Shown here: positions 26,140-37,810 of the stretch, in pieces
How the letters are laid out: each line of letters opens with the position of its first letter
How positions within the stretch are numbered: the first letter of the stretch is position 1
NCBI GenBank assembly: GCA_002269645.1
Contig: NIVC01001784.1
Coordinates: forward strand, 1 to 64,000
Source: Macrostomum lignano
Taxonomy: Eukaryota
Length of the DNA stretch: 64,000 nt
Direction of reading: 5' to 3'
The notes under the pieces: generated by a model
What the model was told of the DNA's origin: nothing
Database searches by the model: none
The model's input: the letters and a program-made list of their open reading frames with translations, nothing else
Made by a program: the position numbers and the translations under genes

Positions 26140-26989
26140 TTTAATTTAATAATTATAATATTCTCTAGGCCTAGGCTAGGCTATAGTAGGCCTATAACTA
26201 GGCCTACTTTAAATTTAAGCCTTTTTGATTTTTTAGATATTTCTATAGTAGCAAGCAGTGCCTAAGTAGCAACACATTATTTTTTTTATTAAATCTAGGA
26301 AATTATAGCATTCCCTAGGCCCTAGACTCCAGAAAGTTACCTAGGCCTAAATACCAGAATTTTTTAGCATACTATTGGCCATACATGCGCAACTTCTGAA
26401 ATTACGCTGGCCGTGCGACTTAGTTTTCGATAAAAAATGCGACTTACCTATGAAAGAGCCAAGCAAACTTTAGGTAAACGGCAGGAGTAACTATGACCAT
26501 ATTTTTAAAGCTAAATGCCTCGCCAGCTAATTAGTGCTGCGTGCAGATTCCGCGTTTTTATAACAGCTAATCAGTATGTCATCTAGTGGCGGCATGAAGC
26601 AATTAGTAAATTGTCAGTACAGTGTAGTGAGCATACTACAAAAGTCATGATTCATGAATGTCCAGAAGTAAGTGAAGTGAAAACAGTGTGACCTATAGCT
26701 CAAGAACGATTTGCTAGACGATTTGGCATGGAAGATGAGAGCCCTGATTCAGATGGCTCATCAGATGCAGAATACGAATCCAGTAGAGATACAAGCTGTG
26801 AAAACCCACAGATTTTTAAACCACTGAATTCTAATTCCCGGAACTATTTTTGCATAGATTCTAAATTTGAAGTCATGCTCAAACAAAAACTTGTTAACAG
26901 TTAGGAAAAAGGCAAAGATGGGAGTAATGCATGTTAAACTAAGATTTGAGGCCTTTGCAAATTCTCTCCATTCCTCAATCTTCTCATCC

Positions 26990-27645
26990 TCTTTTTCTTT
27001 TCTCTCTCATCCCTTATCCCTTCTCTCTTTCCTCTCCTCTCTCCTCTCTTTCCTCTCCTCTCCTATCTCTTCTGTCTCCTCTCTACATTCTTATCTCTCC
27101 TCTCGTCTCTCTCCATTCCACCCTACTCTACTCTCTCATCTTATCTTCCCTCTCGTCTCTCTCCACTCTACTCTCTCATTATCTCTCCTCTCTTTTCTAC
27201 TCTCTCATCTCTCCTCTCTTCACTCTCCTCTCATCTCCTCTTTATCCTCTCTTCTCTCATCTACTCTCTCCTCTTTCCTCTTTCCTCTCTTCTGATCTTA
27301 TCCATCATCTTTTCTTTCCTCTTTTCTCTCATCTCCTCTTCTCTCTCATCTCTTTTTCCTCCCTCAGCTTTTCTCTCCTCTTCTATCTTTTCTCCCATCG
27401 CATCGCTCGCCTCTCCTCTGTTTGCTTATCTCTAATCTTCTATTCCCTCTACTTTGAAGTAAGAAAATATGCACATATTTTTGCTGAAGATAAGAGGAGA
27501 GAAGAGGGCATTGAGGAGAAAGGGTAGAGAGAAAGGGGGAGAAGAGAGGAGAGTAAAATGAGAGGAGAGAGAAGAGGGAAAAGGGGGGAGAGAGAGAAGA
27601 GGGGAGGCAAGGTAGAGAAGAAGAGAGAGATGAGAGTTGAAGAGA
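26990..27645. repeat. Low-complexity CT-rich tract followed by a GA-rich tract
   Basis: Pyrimidine-rich ~26990-27450, then purine-rich ~27490-27645. Confidence 0.85.
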
Positions 27646-27879
27646 CACCAACCTTGCTACTCGTAGTTAGGAAGTTTCAAAGAACCCGAGGGGCGAGGGC
27701 CAGATAGAGGGGCTTCGCGAGCCGGAGTTTGCCAACCCCTGCTCCAGAGTTTAAGAAATGACGCGGGCTTCTGATTTCAAAGATCTTGTCTGTGGTTGAA
27801 GGCTTCTATTCTGTTTTTGCTCTCCTGCCACACTTGCACCTACTACCCCCTGATTGCCTCTGATTGTGACTTACTTCCC

Positions 27880-28740
27880 TCTTATTGCGACTTAGTTGCT
27901 TCTTTTTGCGACTTACCTAATCCTTTTTGCGACTTACTTAATCCTTTTTGCGACTTACCTAATCCTTTTGCGACTTACCTAATCCTTTTTGCGACTTACT
28001 TAATCCTTTTTGCGACTTACTTAATCCTTTAGCGACTTACCTAACCCTTTGCGACTTACCTAACCCTTTGTGACTTACCTAATCCTTTTTGCGACTTACC
28101 TAATCCTTTTTGCGACTTACTTAATCCTTTTTGCGACTTACCTAATCCTTTTGCGACTTACCTAACCCCTTTGCGACTTACCTAACCATTTGTGACTTAC
28201 CTAATCCTTTTTGCGACTTACCTAATCCTTTTTGCGACTTACTTAATCCTTTTGCGACTTACCTAACCCTTTGTGACTTACCTAATCCTTTTTGCGACTT
28301 ACCTAATCCTTTTTGCGACTTACCTAATCCTTTTGCGACTTAGCTGATCCTTTTGCGACTTACCTAACCCTTTTGCGACTTACCTAACCCTTTTGCGACT
28401 TACCTAACCCTTTGTGACTTAGCTAATCCTTTTTGCGACTTACCTAACCCTTTGTGACTTACCTAATCCTTTTTGCGACTTACCTAATCCTTTTTGCGAC
28501 TTACTTAATCCTTTTGCGACTTACCTAACCCTTTGTGACTTACCTAATCCTTTTTGCGACTTACCTAATCCTTTTTGCGACTTACCGAATCCTTTTGCGA
28601 CTTAGCTGATCCTTTTGCGACTTACCTGATTCTTTTTGCGACTTACCTAATCCTTTTTGCGACTTACCTAATCCTTTTGCGACTTACCTGATTCCTGTTG
28701 CGACTTACCTGATCCTTTTTGCGACTTACCTGATTATTTT
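27880..28740. repeat. 21-22-bp minisatellite (GCGACTTACCTAATCCTTTTT), ~40 copies
   Basis: Directly visible array. The GCGACTTA core recurs in related dispersed repeats at ~26380-26530 and ~29105-29290. Confidence 0.95.
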
Positions 28741-31700
28741 TACAACTTAGTTTGCTTCTTTTGCGAATTGTTTTTCTTTTGCTTCATTATTTTCCCTGAA
28801 CTGCTCTTTCTTTCGCTTTCCTCTTGCCTTTCTTGGTTCTTGTGTTTTTCTGTTTTTGGTTGACTCAGTTTTGCGACTTACCCCTGGTCAGCCACGATTT
28901 ACGGTGGCCGGATCGGCCAGGTCGGCCAGCAGTTGCGCATGTATGCTATTGGCTATATTCCAGATCATGCATAGGCCTATGCTAAGTTTAATGCTGGAAA
29001 AATGACAAGATCTCATTTGTACACTAGGTTTATATGCTAATATAAAAGTGTCATTTGACACCATTGTATTTGCTATGTCATATATGCTAGGATATACCCT
29101 AATACATACATGCGCAACTTCTAAAATTCGGTTGGCCATGTAACTTAGTTTTAACAAAATGCGACATAGTTTTTGGCCAAAAATGTGACTTACATATAAA
29201 AAACCATTAGGCAAATTTAACGTAACTTTAGGTAAATGGCAGGAGTAACTATGACTATCTTATTAAGACAAAATGCCTCATCAGCTACTTAGTAGGCCCT
29301 ACTACTACTTAGGTATTTTTTAGATGGGCATTTTTGCAACTTCCTTGGTTGGCAGCCAAATTGGTTGGCCAGATCGGCCGACTGTTGCACTGTTACAGGG
29401 CTGATTCCTCTGTCTAGAAATCTCAGCCGCTGACACCAAGTTGTCACAGGTGTTTTACCTCTTACTTTATCAATTTTAATCCCAACCGCTGATACCAAAG
29501 TTGTCGCATGTTTTCAATTTCCCTCTATTAAATTTATACTGCTGATACTAAATTCTGCCTTTGGTATTTTTAACTGTTTCTTAGAATTTCATTTGAATAT
29601 ACAAGTACTGGTAGCGTCTTATGTATTAATCTGGTAGCATTCTTAGTATATTAGTCTGGTAGCATTTTTAGTATATGGTCTAGTAGCGTTCTTAGTATAT
29701 GGCCTGAGCGGTCTTACTGGTATATGTACTTTCTCTCTCCAGTCTGGGCGTTACCGAGATTAGAAGGTCACAGCGATTACTCTTAGTACTTTCTCTGCAT
29801 GAATCCCTGATTCCCAACTCTCAATACCTCTTTAAAATAAGCAATGATCTGAGAATAAGTTTTGAACAAGCTGTAAACAATTTAATTCGTGAGAGCAAGT
29901 TGAATCCTACTTCCCTAAACTTCACTCATATTTATACTATTTCTTTTGTGTGTATTTAGACAAACATAGAATATTTGAGAATATTTTGCAAAGTAAAACA
30001 AAAATAGAGTTTTTGTGTAACATTTTAAAACTAGTATTTCTTAGAAACAAAAACCACTTCTACAGCACATGTATGCCCTGATATATGCTAAAAATGGTAA
30101 GACCCTTATTGTACACTGGAAAATCCCAGTGTATATATTACCTTTCAAACTATGGTCATATAGACCATTGGAGAGTTTAGCTATTTTGGCATACAATTTT
30201 GAGCTTAAGAATTTTTTGATGCAGGGGACCTACATTCTATAATAATTTCCTTTTAAAATTTTTGCATATGCATGTGCATTTTAATGACAATGAAAGTTGT
30301 TACTAAAATAGTATTGACGACTAAGATTGATTATGCGTGTGCCATAGTGTTAAGCTATATACTTCAAAGAAAGGTAAAACTAGTCAGATAGTTAATTGTT
30401 ACAAAGAGAAGAAAAGAACAGGAAAATTTATTGTTTGAGCCATCAAAGTTGAAAAGAGCATAATGCAAAATATGTAAAATATATAGTGAGTGGCAAACAT
30501 GCCAATGCATAAGGAAATGCATGGACAACACAAGACAATGAAAGGACCCATGGGATAGACCAACAAAAAAGCAGAAGACCAAAGTGGAAAAAAAGAAAAT
30601 GAAAAGAACCAACAGGGGGACATGGGAGGACTATGGACTGGGAATGGAAAGCCATAACTAGGACTAGGAAAATGATAAAAATAGCCCTGGGGTTAAAAAA
30701 TAGTTCTAGAACTGGTCCTGAAAAAAAATACAAATTTCATGCAAAATTGTTTCATTTAACTTCCAATGTTTCAAATATAGTGGCAACTGCCTGCCACATA
30801 TATGAGGGTGCCATGCAGCATTAGGGCAAAATGAGCAGTTAGCCACTGCTGATGGATACCAGCCATAGTTGGCAAGCACTCAGCCACCTCAATTTGCAGG
30901 CTACATGCCTCTTTTAGCTCTGTTACAGGGCTCAGTTCTTGTCAGGCAAGTTGGATTCATTGCTGTAGCCAAACTGACAATTTAGACATTTCAACAAAGT
31001 TGCTTAATGCTTGCCAGGATCTCTTGGCATCTAGCGTGCCTTATAACTAGCATAACTAGGCTGCAGCAGAGGCAAAGTTGCTAGCCAGCCATTTCTGACT
31101 GCAGCTGCATGCCCACAAGACTGGCTTTGTTTTTTTGGCTAGGGCTGCCTCCTGTGATGGATGCTATCTGGCCAGATGGCTCTAGACACCATAGTCATTC
31201 ACAAAGCATGGGCCAGGGCAGCTTATGATCACCTAGCATAGGAGTTCCATGAGAATAGCAGGCTCTGGCTGCAGTGTTGATTCACATTGGCTGGCACATT
31301 CTTTGCCTCTTGGCTAGTCACTTACCTATGCTGCTAGTCACAACACTAGTGTCACTAGTGTGTCACTTGTCAGTCAGGCTCTAGTAAACTCAGGAACTCT
31401 TGTTTGTCAAAACTAGGGTGGCATGTACATTGCTCATGAATTGATCTAGCCAAACATTGGTAGTAAGTCCATTGAGCCATGTGGAAAAGCGGAAAAATTA
31501 GAAAATTGGTAAAAGGGTAGTATGTTTGATTAAGAAAAACTCTAAAAAATAGAAGTTTTCATGGAATAAAGATGGAAAGGTTCAAAAGATTATAAAATTT
31601 TGCTTCAAAATGATTTTATAAGAGAATCAGTCAATGTTGACAAAAGTTATATACATTTTAAAGTTTTTGGTTTTTTCTTTAAATTTCACATTTGTGATTT

Positions 31701-32149
31701 TTTTGTCTATGTTGCTAAAAAATGACAACACATAAAAAAAGAATGGTATAGTAAAGCAATGTTAATGATAATAGATAGAAAAGACAATAAATTTTACTTT
31801 TTATAGGTTTTTTGAAGAAATTTTTTATGTATTGTAAAATTTCATTTAAAAACTTTAAACAACTATTTCTACTAATGAATCTAGTCCCCCAATTGCCGGC
31901 ACCTGTTTTTTGTTTTAGAATTTTTTATAGAATTTAATTGTATCATTCTTTTTACTTTTTGGTCTCTACTTTTACCCACATAGTGGTCTAAACATGACCC
32001 CCCAACAATATATATACATAACCATTTATTAGCAGTGGACTTTCTTCTTCTTTTTTCTTCTGTTTTATTATCCAAAATGGCATACAAACAAGAGGAAACA
32101 ATGATCTTATTGCCAGATCTTAGGCCTATTACAACTCCAATGATGGTAC

Positions 32150-32740
32150 CAATGGTTGCATTATGTCTACGAGTATTGTAGACAATCCTGTTGAGCAAAG
32201 CATTCATTAGGCACATAAAGCTGGCTAAGGCTGAGCTTAGTTCTATCAGCATTAAATTATAGGCAAATTGTCCGTAGTGCAGCATGGTGAAGGCAGTCAG
32301 GTCTTGATCTTCTCGATACAGTGAAATCTGATAGTAGCTGCTATTCATATCAAAATTGCTAAACAGCTGGCTTCCTTCAAGGCTATCAAATGCTTCTTGG
32401 ATGTTAGGAATTGGGTATAGAAAGTACTCACACTTTTGGTTCAGACTCGGAAAATCTTGTACAATCCTCAGGTTTCTGTTTTTCTTTGGGATGATCACCA
32501 GTGGGGTGTTGTAGCTAGAAAAGCTCAGTCAAATCATGCCTTTGGCAAGTAGATTGTCAAGCAGCTAGTGTACCTTGGGCAACAGATGCAGCAGAATCCT
32601 TTGTGTTGGTAGATGTACAGGATCTCTATCCTTTAGCATGATGTTGTAAATGACTATCAGTTCAGCTAAGATTGTGTGGCCCTTGAGAGAAGATGGTCTT
32701 GTATTTCTTCAATTCAATAGCTCAATGACTTGATGACTTT
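32150..32740 (-). mobile_element. Degenerate Ty3/Gypsy pol (reverse transcriptase) remnant
   Basis: LDNLLAKGMI*LSFSSYNTPLVIIPKKNRNLRIVQDFPSLN..YPIPNIQEAFDSLEGSQLFSNFDMNSSYYQI..DQDLTAF..MLIELSSALASFMCLM. It has stops and is truncated before YxDD. Confidence 0.88.
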
Positions 32741-33599
32741 GCCCCTTGTTTACCACAATTTACAATGGCTAGATTGGCTAGGTCAACTAGCACTTGTACA
32801 TATGCATGTATATATTTATATTATTGTTGATACTTACATATAATTGAAGATTACTAAAAATATTTTAAACCTTTTAGGACCTAAAATATATTATTATAAC
32901 TGTTAAAATCAAATGAGAAAATCATAAGCTAGGCCTGGCTATGAGCATACATGTTTATAAATTTAAATGTTTAAATAAAAAGCTTTTAATATATACTAAT
33001 GGTTATATAATATATATAATATATGTTCATAGGCTTTTTGATTAGGCCAAATCAATAATAAGAGTGATTATAAAATGGCTAGATATTAGACAAAAGCATC
33101 ACAATAAAATTTTAATTTATCAACTTATATTTTTAGCTAAAAAAGCCATATCTTGTACCAAAAACTATAATTTGGCTATTCAAATCTAGATCTTATGGGA
33201 CCATTTGGTATTGGGATTGGGAAATCAAAAAGTTAGCATAGCAAGAGTCTAGAACCTTTCTAGAAGAAATAGTAGATTTGCTAAAATGGCACCAAAGTAG
33301 AAGTAGAGATTCTAAATGCTTTTGTCTATCATGCTGCAACAACTTGTAAGTGTCTACTTTAGCTTAGAGAACCATCTTTGGCTTATAGGTTGTTATAAGC
33401 ACAGTGACAGATAGATGGTAGGCAATTAATGTTTAGATTAGAAACTAAACTTTCTTGCAAGAGTTGCTAAGCAACTCTTGCTTAGCACAGCAAATATATC
33501 TATTAACAGCCTGCTATACTTTTTGCTGCTTCTTGGAGAATAACAAGGCAATAAGCTACACATCTGATTTTGTATTATCAAAATTTGCTAGTAGAAAAT

Positions 33600-34290
33600 G
33601 TTAGATTAAAGGCTAGGTATAGACTAACACACTAGACTAAACAGCTATACTATGGCATTCCAAACCATAACTTGCTGTTGAATTTAATAACATCTATTGC
33701 TAGAAAATACATAACTACTCTGTAGTTTTAGTCTTTTATACTAATTAATAATAGTCTAAAACTAGTCAAGACAAGCCACAGCATATCCCTGTCAAGGTAT
33801 TTTCTTATCTATGTCAAGCTTAAATATAAGAGCCTATACTTCTCTAATGAATTAAGAAGCTGCTCCTTACTTTGCTAAGCCTTTAGCAATAAAATTATTT
33901 ATTTTACCTTATAGACAGCCTTGACAAACTTTATTGTCTATAGCTTGAAGCTTTCAAGACAGACACAAGCAATCTAGCAAGCTTTCTAGGTTTATCATAT
34001 CAATGATAAAATCAAAGTTGTGAACTGTAGCATACAAAGTTTTTGCTAATCTAGTTGCATCTAATCCATGCCACATATTTATTTCTTCCAGAGCATTTAC
34101 ACAATTAAAGATAAAGCTTCTTTCTGTAGTTGTCACATGCTAGGTGGGAGATACTATTGCTCTTCCTTGAAGACTTTGTACACTGTTGATTGAATCAGTT
34201 CAATCTGATATTCTGTTAAAGAGTAACACTCTTTGAAGACACATGACACAGTGATTGGAGATTTTTTGTGCTTTAGTTTTATTTGAAATT
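33600..34290 (-). mobile_element. Probable decayed hAT transposase fragment (PRKRIR/ZMYM1-like)
   Basis: ALEEINMWHGLDATRLAKTLYATVHNFDFIIDMINLESLLDCL followed by shifted-frame LQ..D..FVKAV resembles the hAT catalytic core. Heavily mutated and no TIRs seen. Confidence 0.4.
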
Positions 34291-35514
34291 ATAGCTGATG
34301 ATATAAAACTAGAAATAAATTATCAATTAAAACAATATATTATTATCCTAAGGCTCATTCATATTAACATAAATTGAGCAACAACTCATGACTTATATAA
34401 CAAAAGGATCAATAAAAAATTATGTGCAAATAAATGTGAAGCAAAATTTAGCCTTGTTTGATAGCAACAAGGTAAATGTACACATTTTTATTGGTTGTAT
34501 TTCAGGTGATTTTATTAAATATTTTATGATAGTGAAAGTGAATAAATTAAACATAGCTCGTATTCATTCTGTTACAAAGCTTCAATTGATCTGAAAACAC
34601 TGTATAATACTTGCTATCTTCTCTTAATTAGCAAATCAAACTTTTATTATGTAGAAAAGGCCAATTATTTATCCTATCCACTAATGTAAAGCATAGAATC
34701 AATGTATCATCATATACCTAACAAAGTTACCTTGAGTTTTTCTTGTTTTACTTATAAAATGATGATGAAACATTTGAACTTATTACAAATTGAATGCACA
34801 ATAGTGCAAACTATGTTGAACAAAATATATTTATCTTATCTTTAAATAGCAAGTCTTCTTCAAGTTGGACTGCCTCATATCTATGGTCATAAGTGCTTAA
34901 GGTGTATAGGAAGCACCTTTATTTTATGTGAATGCTCTTAAGCATAGTGAAAAAAAATATGTAATCTACTTTATAAAAAAGGTCTCCAGGACTGTAAAAA
35001 ATAACTTCATTCCTGAGTTGAAAAGATGGATGAATTCTGCACTACAAGACTGATATCTCTCATAGCAGATACTAAATGATAGCTAGATGATAAAAGTAAA
35101 CATATAGAAGTATAATTTGCAACTTGGTCACTACTAGAATAGGAACTATCACTGGCAGAATGGGTGCAATCACCAATAGAATTGGTATCCTCACTGGTAA
35201 AATAGGTGCTATCACTAGTAGAATGGGCATTGTCACCATTAGAATAGGTACTATCATGGGTAGAATAGGTGCCATCACTAGTAGCATAGTAGCTAGTAAA
35301 ATGAGTGCTATCATTAGCAAAATGGGTGCCATTTTTAGAAGAGTAAAGGTGCTATCATCTGCATTAGTTAGAAGACAAGATTCAAAAGTGTTGCTTATAA
35401 CTTTTAATATAGATTTTAGCTTTTCCCAGCCTGCTATGCTGGCTTTTAGAAGCTTTGCTTTCTTTTGAAAGATTTTGGTCCCAGAAATTTCTTTCATGTC
35501 TCTAGAAGCTTGTA

Positions 35515-35871
35515 TATTTTTTATTAGAGGCAAGGGGATTGTGTGCAGCCTGGCGCACTTAAAGCAACATAGGCATACAACTGGTGAGAGGCAATGCTGC
35601 CCATTCTGCCAACTCCCCTGAGCAGGCATACAAGCGCGCAGATATGTACGCAGGCACACACACAGGAGTGTACAGCAGCCCTAACTTTATATTATCATTA
35701 GGCATGTACACTTCACTGCGCCTTGGGGGGTTGGCTCTCAAGGCCATTAATTGCACGAGCAGAGCCAAGCTGAGATTCTAATTTAGCCCCAAATTAATGT
35801 GACTGCACTTGGAATCGAGCCTGGGTTGCTGGCACACCAGAGCCTGCACTAGACCACTGGGCTATGGCCCC
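35515..35871 (-). mobile_element. tRNA-derived SINE (decayed)
   Basis: The minus strand starts GGGGCCATAGCCCAGTGGTCTAGTGC..CCCAGGCTCGATTCC, giving A-box TAGCCCAGTGG and B-box GGCTCGATTCC. The 3' end AAGTGCGCCAGGCTGCACACAATCCCCTTGCCTCTAATAAAA is shared with a fragment at ~4420-4465. Confidence 0.7.
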
Positions 35872-36567
35872 AGAAGCTTGTATAGCCTCCAGAGGCATTT
35901 ATTTATTTTATATTGCTCACTATCAAAATTGATTGCCTCAATTGTTTGCCTTGTTTATTAATAATTCATATGAGACTTGTGCTTGTCTCTAAAATGTCTA
36001 TAAAAGACACAGTAGGGCACAGTAAAGTAGTAAAGGCACTAAAACATAGTAAAGCTCATCTGTAAGAAACCAAGAGCTTAAGAGCAACCTAGAGTTTTAA
36101 TTCACATGTGACCTATATTCTTACTAATATATATTCCTAGCATGTGTATTGCATACCCCTTTCATAAATTACATAATCTTTCTCTATTTGCATTTCATTT
36201 ATAAAATGAAATTGCAATGATTATGTAAAGAGCATTGCTGAAATGAATAAGGCTAAGTGACTAAAGTGAGGCAACGGTTTGCTTTTGGTTTCATTGTTAT
36301 TGAATATTTGTTGGAATGGTTTTTATATATTTATGGGCTATGAATAGCTTACTGAAAAAAAATTAAAAAGATTTTGAATATCTTATACATAGTATTGAAT
36401 TAATAATCGTGAATACTGTTTTCAAAGCTATTTTATGACAGTAAAATTGTCAACAGATACATACTAAAAATCAGAATGCATATAAAAACATGTGGAATCT
36501 TATTTGTGCAATGTTGAAGAAGTATGTATAGAAATTTCTGTCATTCTTCTCAAATCAGTTTCTTGAC

Positions 36568-37407
36568 ATGCTTCAGGATGCATACAAGCCAGTTTTACTA
36601 AATCGAGACGTTGTCTTGCACAACCAACAATTAGTGCAGCATCACCAGCTGCATCAGCAGTCTCAGTTGCCTCTGTCACATCAGCAGCATCAGCATCACC
36701 AGCAGCCTCTGCAGCAGGCCATACCGCATCAGTTGCAGCAGCAATTACCCCAGCAGCCTAATCCAGCTGCCAGCCAGCAGCTCCAGAATCCCGCAGCCGC
36801 ATTCAATTTTGGCGATTTATTAATAGGCAACTTTCGTATTAGCTTTGCCCCAGTTTACACTTGCAACATCTGCGAGAGGTCGTTTGGCGATCGGGCATCG
36901 TTTGAGAGGCACAACGTCATACACGATCCGCTGACTATGGGCCAGCCTAGACAGCAGCAGGGACAGGGTCAGAGTCAGCAGCAACAGCAGCAGCATCAGC
37001 CACAGCAGCCAAGTCAGCAGCAACAGCAGCAGCATCAGCAGCCTCCGCAGCAAGATGATCCAGACAAGCCTTACAAATGCGACGTCTGCTACAAGCAGTT
37101 TAAACAGAAAACTCACCTGAGCCATCATTTGATGACGCATTCTGGCGCTCGGCCTTTCAAATGCACCTCGTGCGATCGGTCGTTTCCGCATCAATACTCG
37201 CTGAGTCGGCACATGATGAAGCATTCCGATCAGCGACCGTTTCCTTGCGTCCATTGCGATAAATCGTTTCGTCAGAAAGTGCACCTGGACTCGCATCTGC
37301 GCACGCACAGCGGGCATAAACCATTTGCTTGCAGATTCTGTCCAAAGCAGTTCACCCACCGCTATTCGTTGGATAGGCATGTCAATCAGCTGCATCCTCT
37401 TACCTGA
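36568..37407 (+). CDS. PolyQ/H-rich C2H2 zinc-finger protein with 5 fingers (possibly the terminal exon of a larger gene)
   Basis: Fingers CNIC..HNVIH, CDVC..HLMTH, CTSC..HMMKH, CVHC..HLRTH and CRFC..HVNQLH, with linkers SGARPF, SDQRPF and SGHKPF. A possible acceptor CTTCAG precedes 36577. Confidence 0.9.
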   Translation: MLQDAYKPVLLNRDVVLHNQQLVQHHQLHQQSQLPLSHQQHQHHQQPLQQAIPHQLQQQLPQQPNPAASQQLQNPAAAFNFGDLLIGNFRISFAPVYTCNICERSFGDRASFERHNVIHDPLTMGQPRQQQGQGQSQQQQQQHQPQQPSQQQQQQHQQPPQQDDPDKPYKCDVCYKQFKQKTHLSHHLMTHSGARPFKCTSCDRSFPHQYSLSRHMMKHSDQRPFPCVHCDKSFRQKVHLDSHLRTHSGHKPFACRFCPKQFTHRYSLDRHVNQLHPLT

Positions 37408-37554
37408 TGTTCAAAATTTTGTTTTCCTAAATTCACGCGTTTTATCACAAATTTTAAGTACAAAGACGTACAAACGTGCAAAAAGGACAACTTGATTGCA
37501 AACGTATGTACAGTGAGAAAATTCGTTTCTAGATAAACGTTCACGTGAATGCAT

Positions 37555-37810
37555 TGCTCTCAGTCAATATAACTGAAACAGTTGTCACGTGACTGCTCTC
37601 AGCCAATAGAACTGAAACAGTTGTCACGTGACTGCTCTCAGCCAATAGAACTGAAACAGTTGTCACGTGACTGCTCTCAGCCAATAGAACTGAAACAGTT
37701 GTCACGTGACTGCTCTCAGCCAATAGAACTGAAACAGTTGTCACGTGACTGCTCTCAGCCAATAGAACTGAAACAGTTGTCACGTGACTGCTCTCAGCCA
37801 ATAGAACTAA
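37555..37810. repeat. 39-bp tandem repeat, ~6.5 copies
   Basis: Unit CTCTCAGCCAATAGAACTGAAACAGTTGTCACGTGACTG. Confidence 0.95.

Noticed and set aside
26690-26890. Short open acidic frame (AQERFARRFGMEDESPDSDGSSDAEYESS..)
   Set aside because: No start, splice support or recognisable family; probably a TE fragment.
30840-31480. GC-richer stretch that looks like decayed coding DNA
   Set aside because: It has multiple stops in the frames I read and no identifiable motif, so it cannot be assigned beyond probable TE debris.
35072-35659. 195-aa ORF with 7-aa repeats (APILPVI)
   Set aside because: It is a decayed 21-bp tandem repeat overlapping a SINE within the CpG-depleted block, with no evidence of being a gene.
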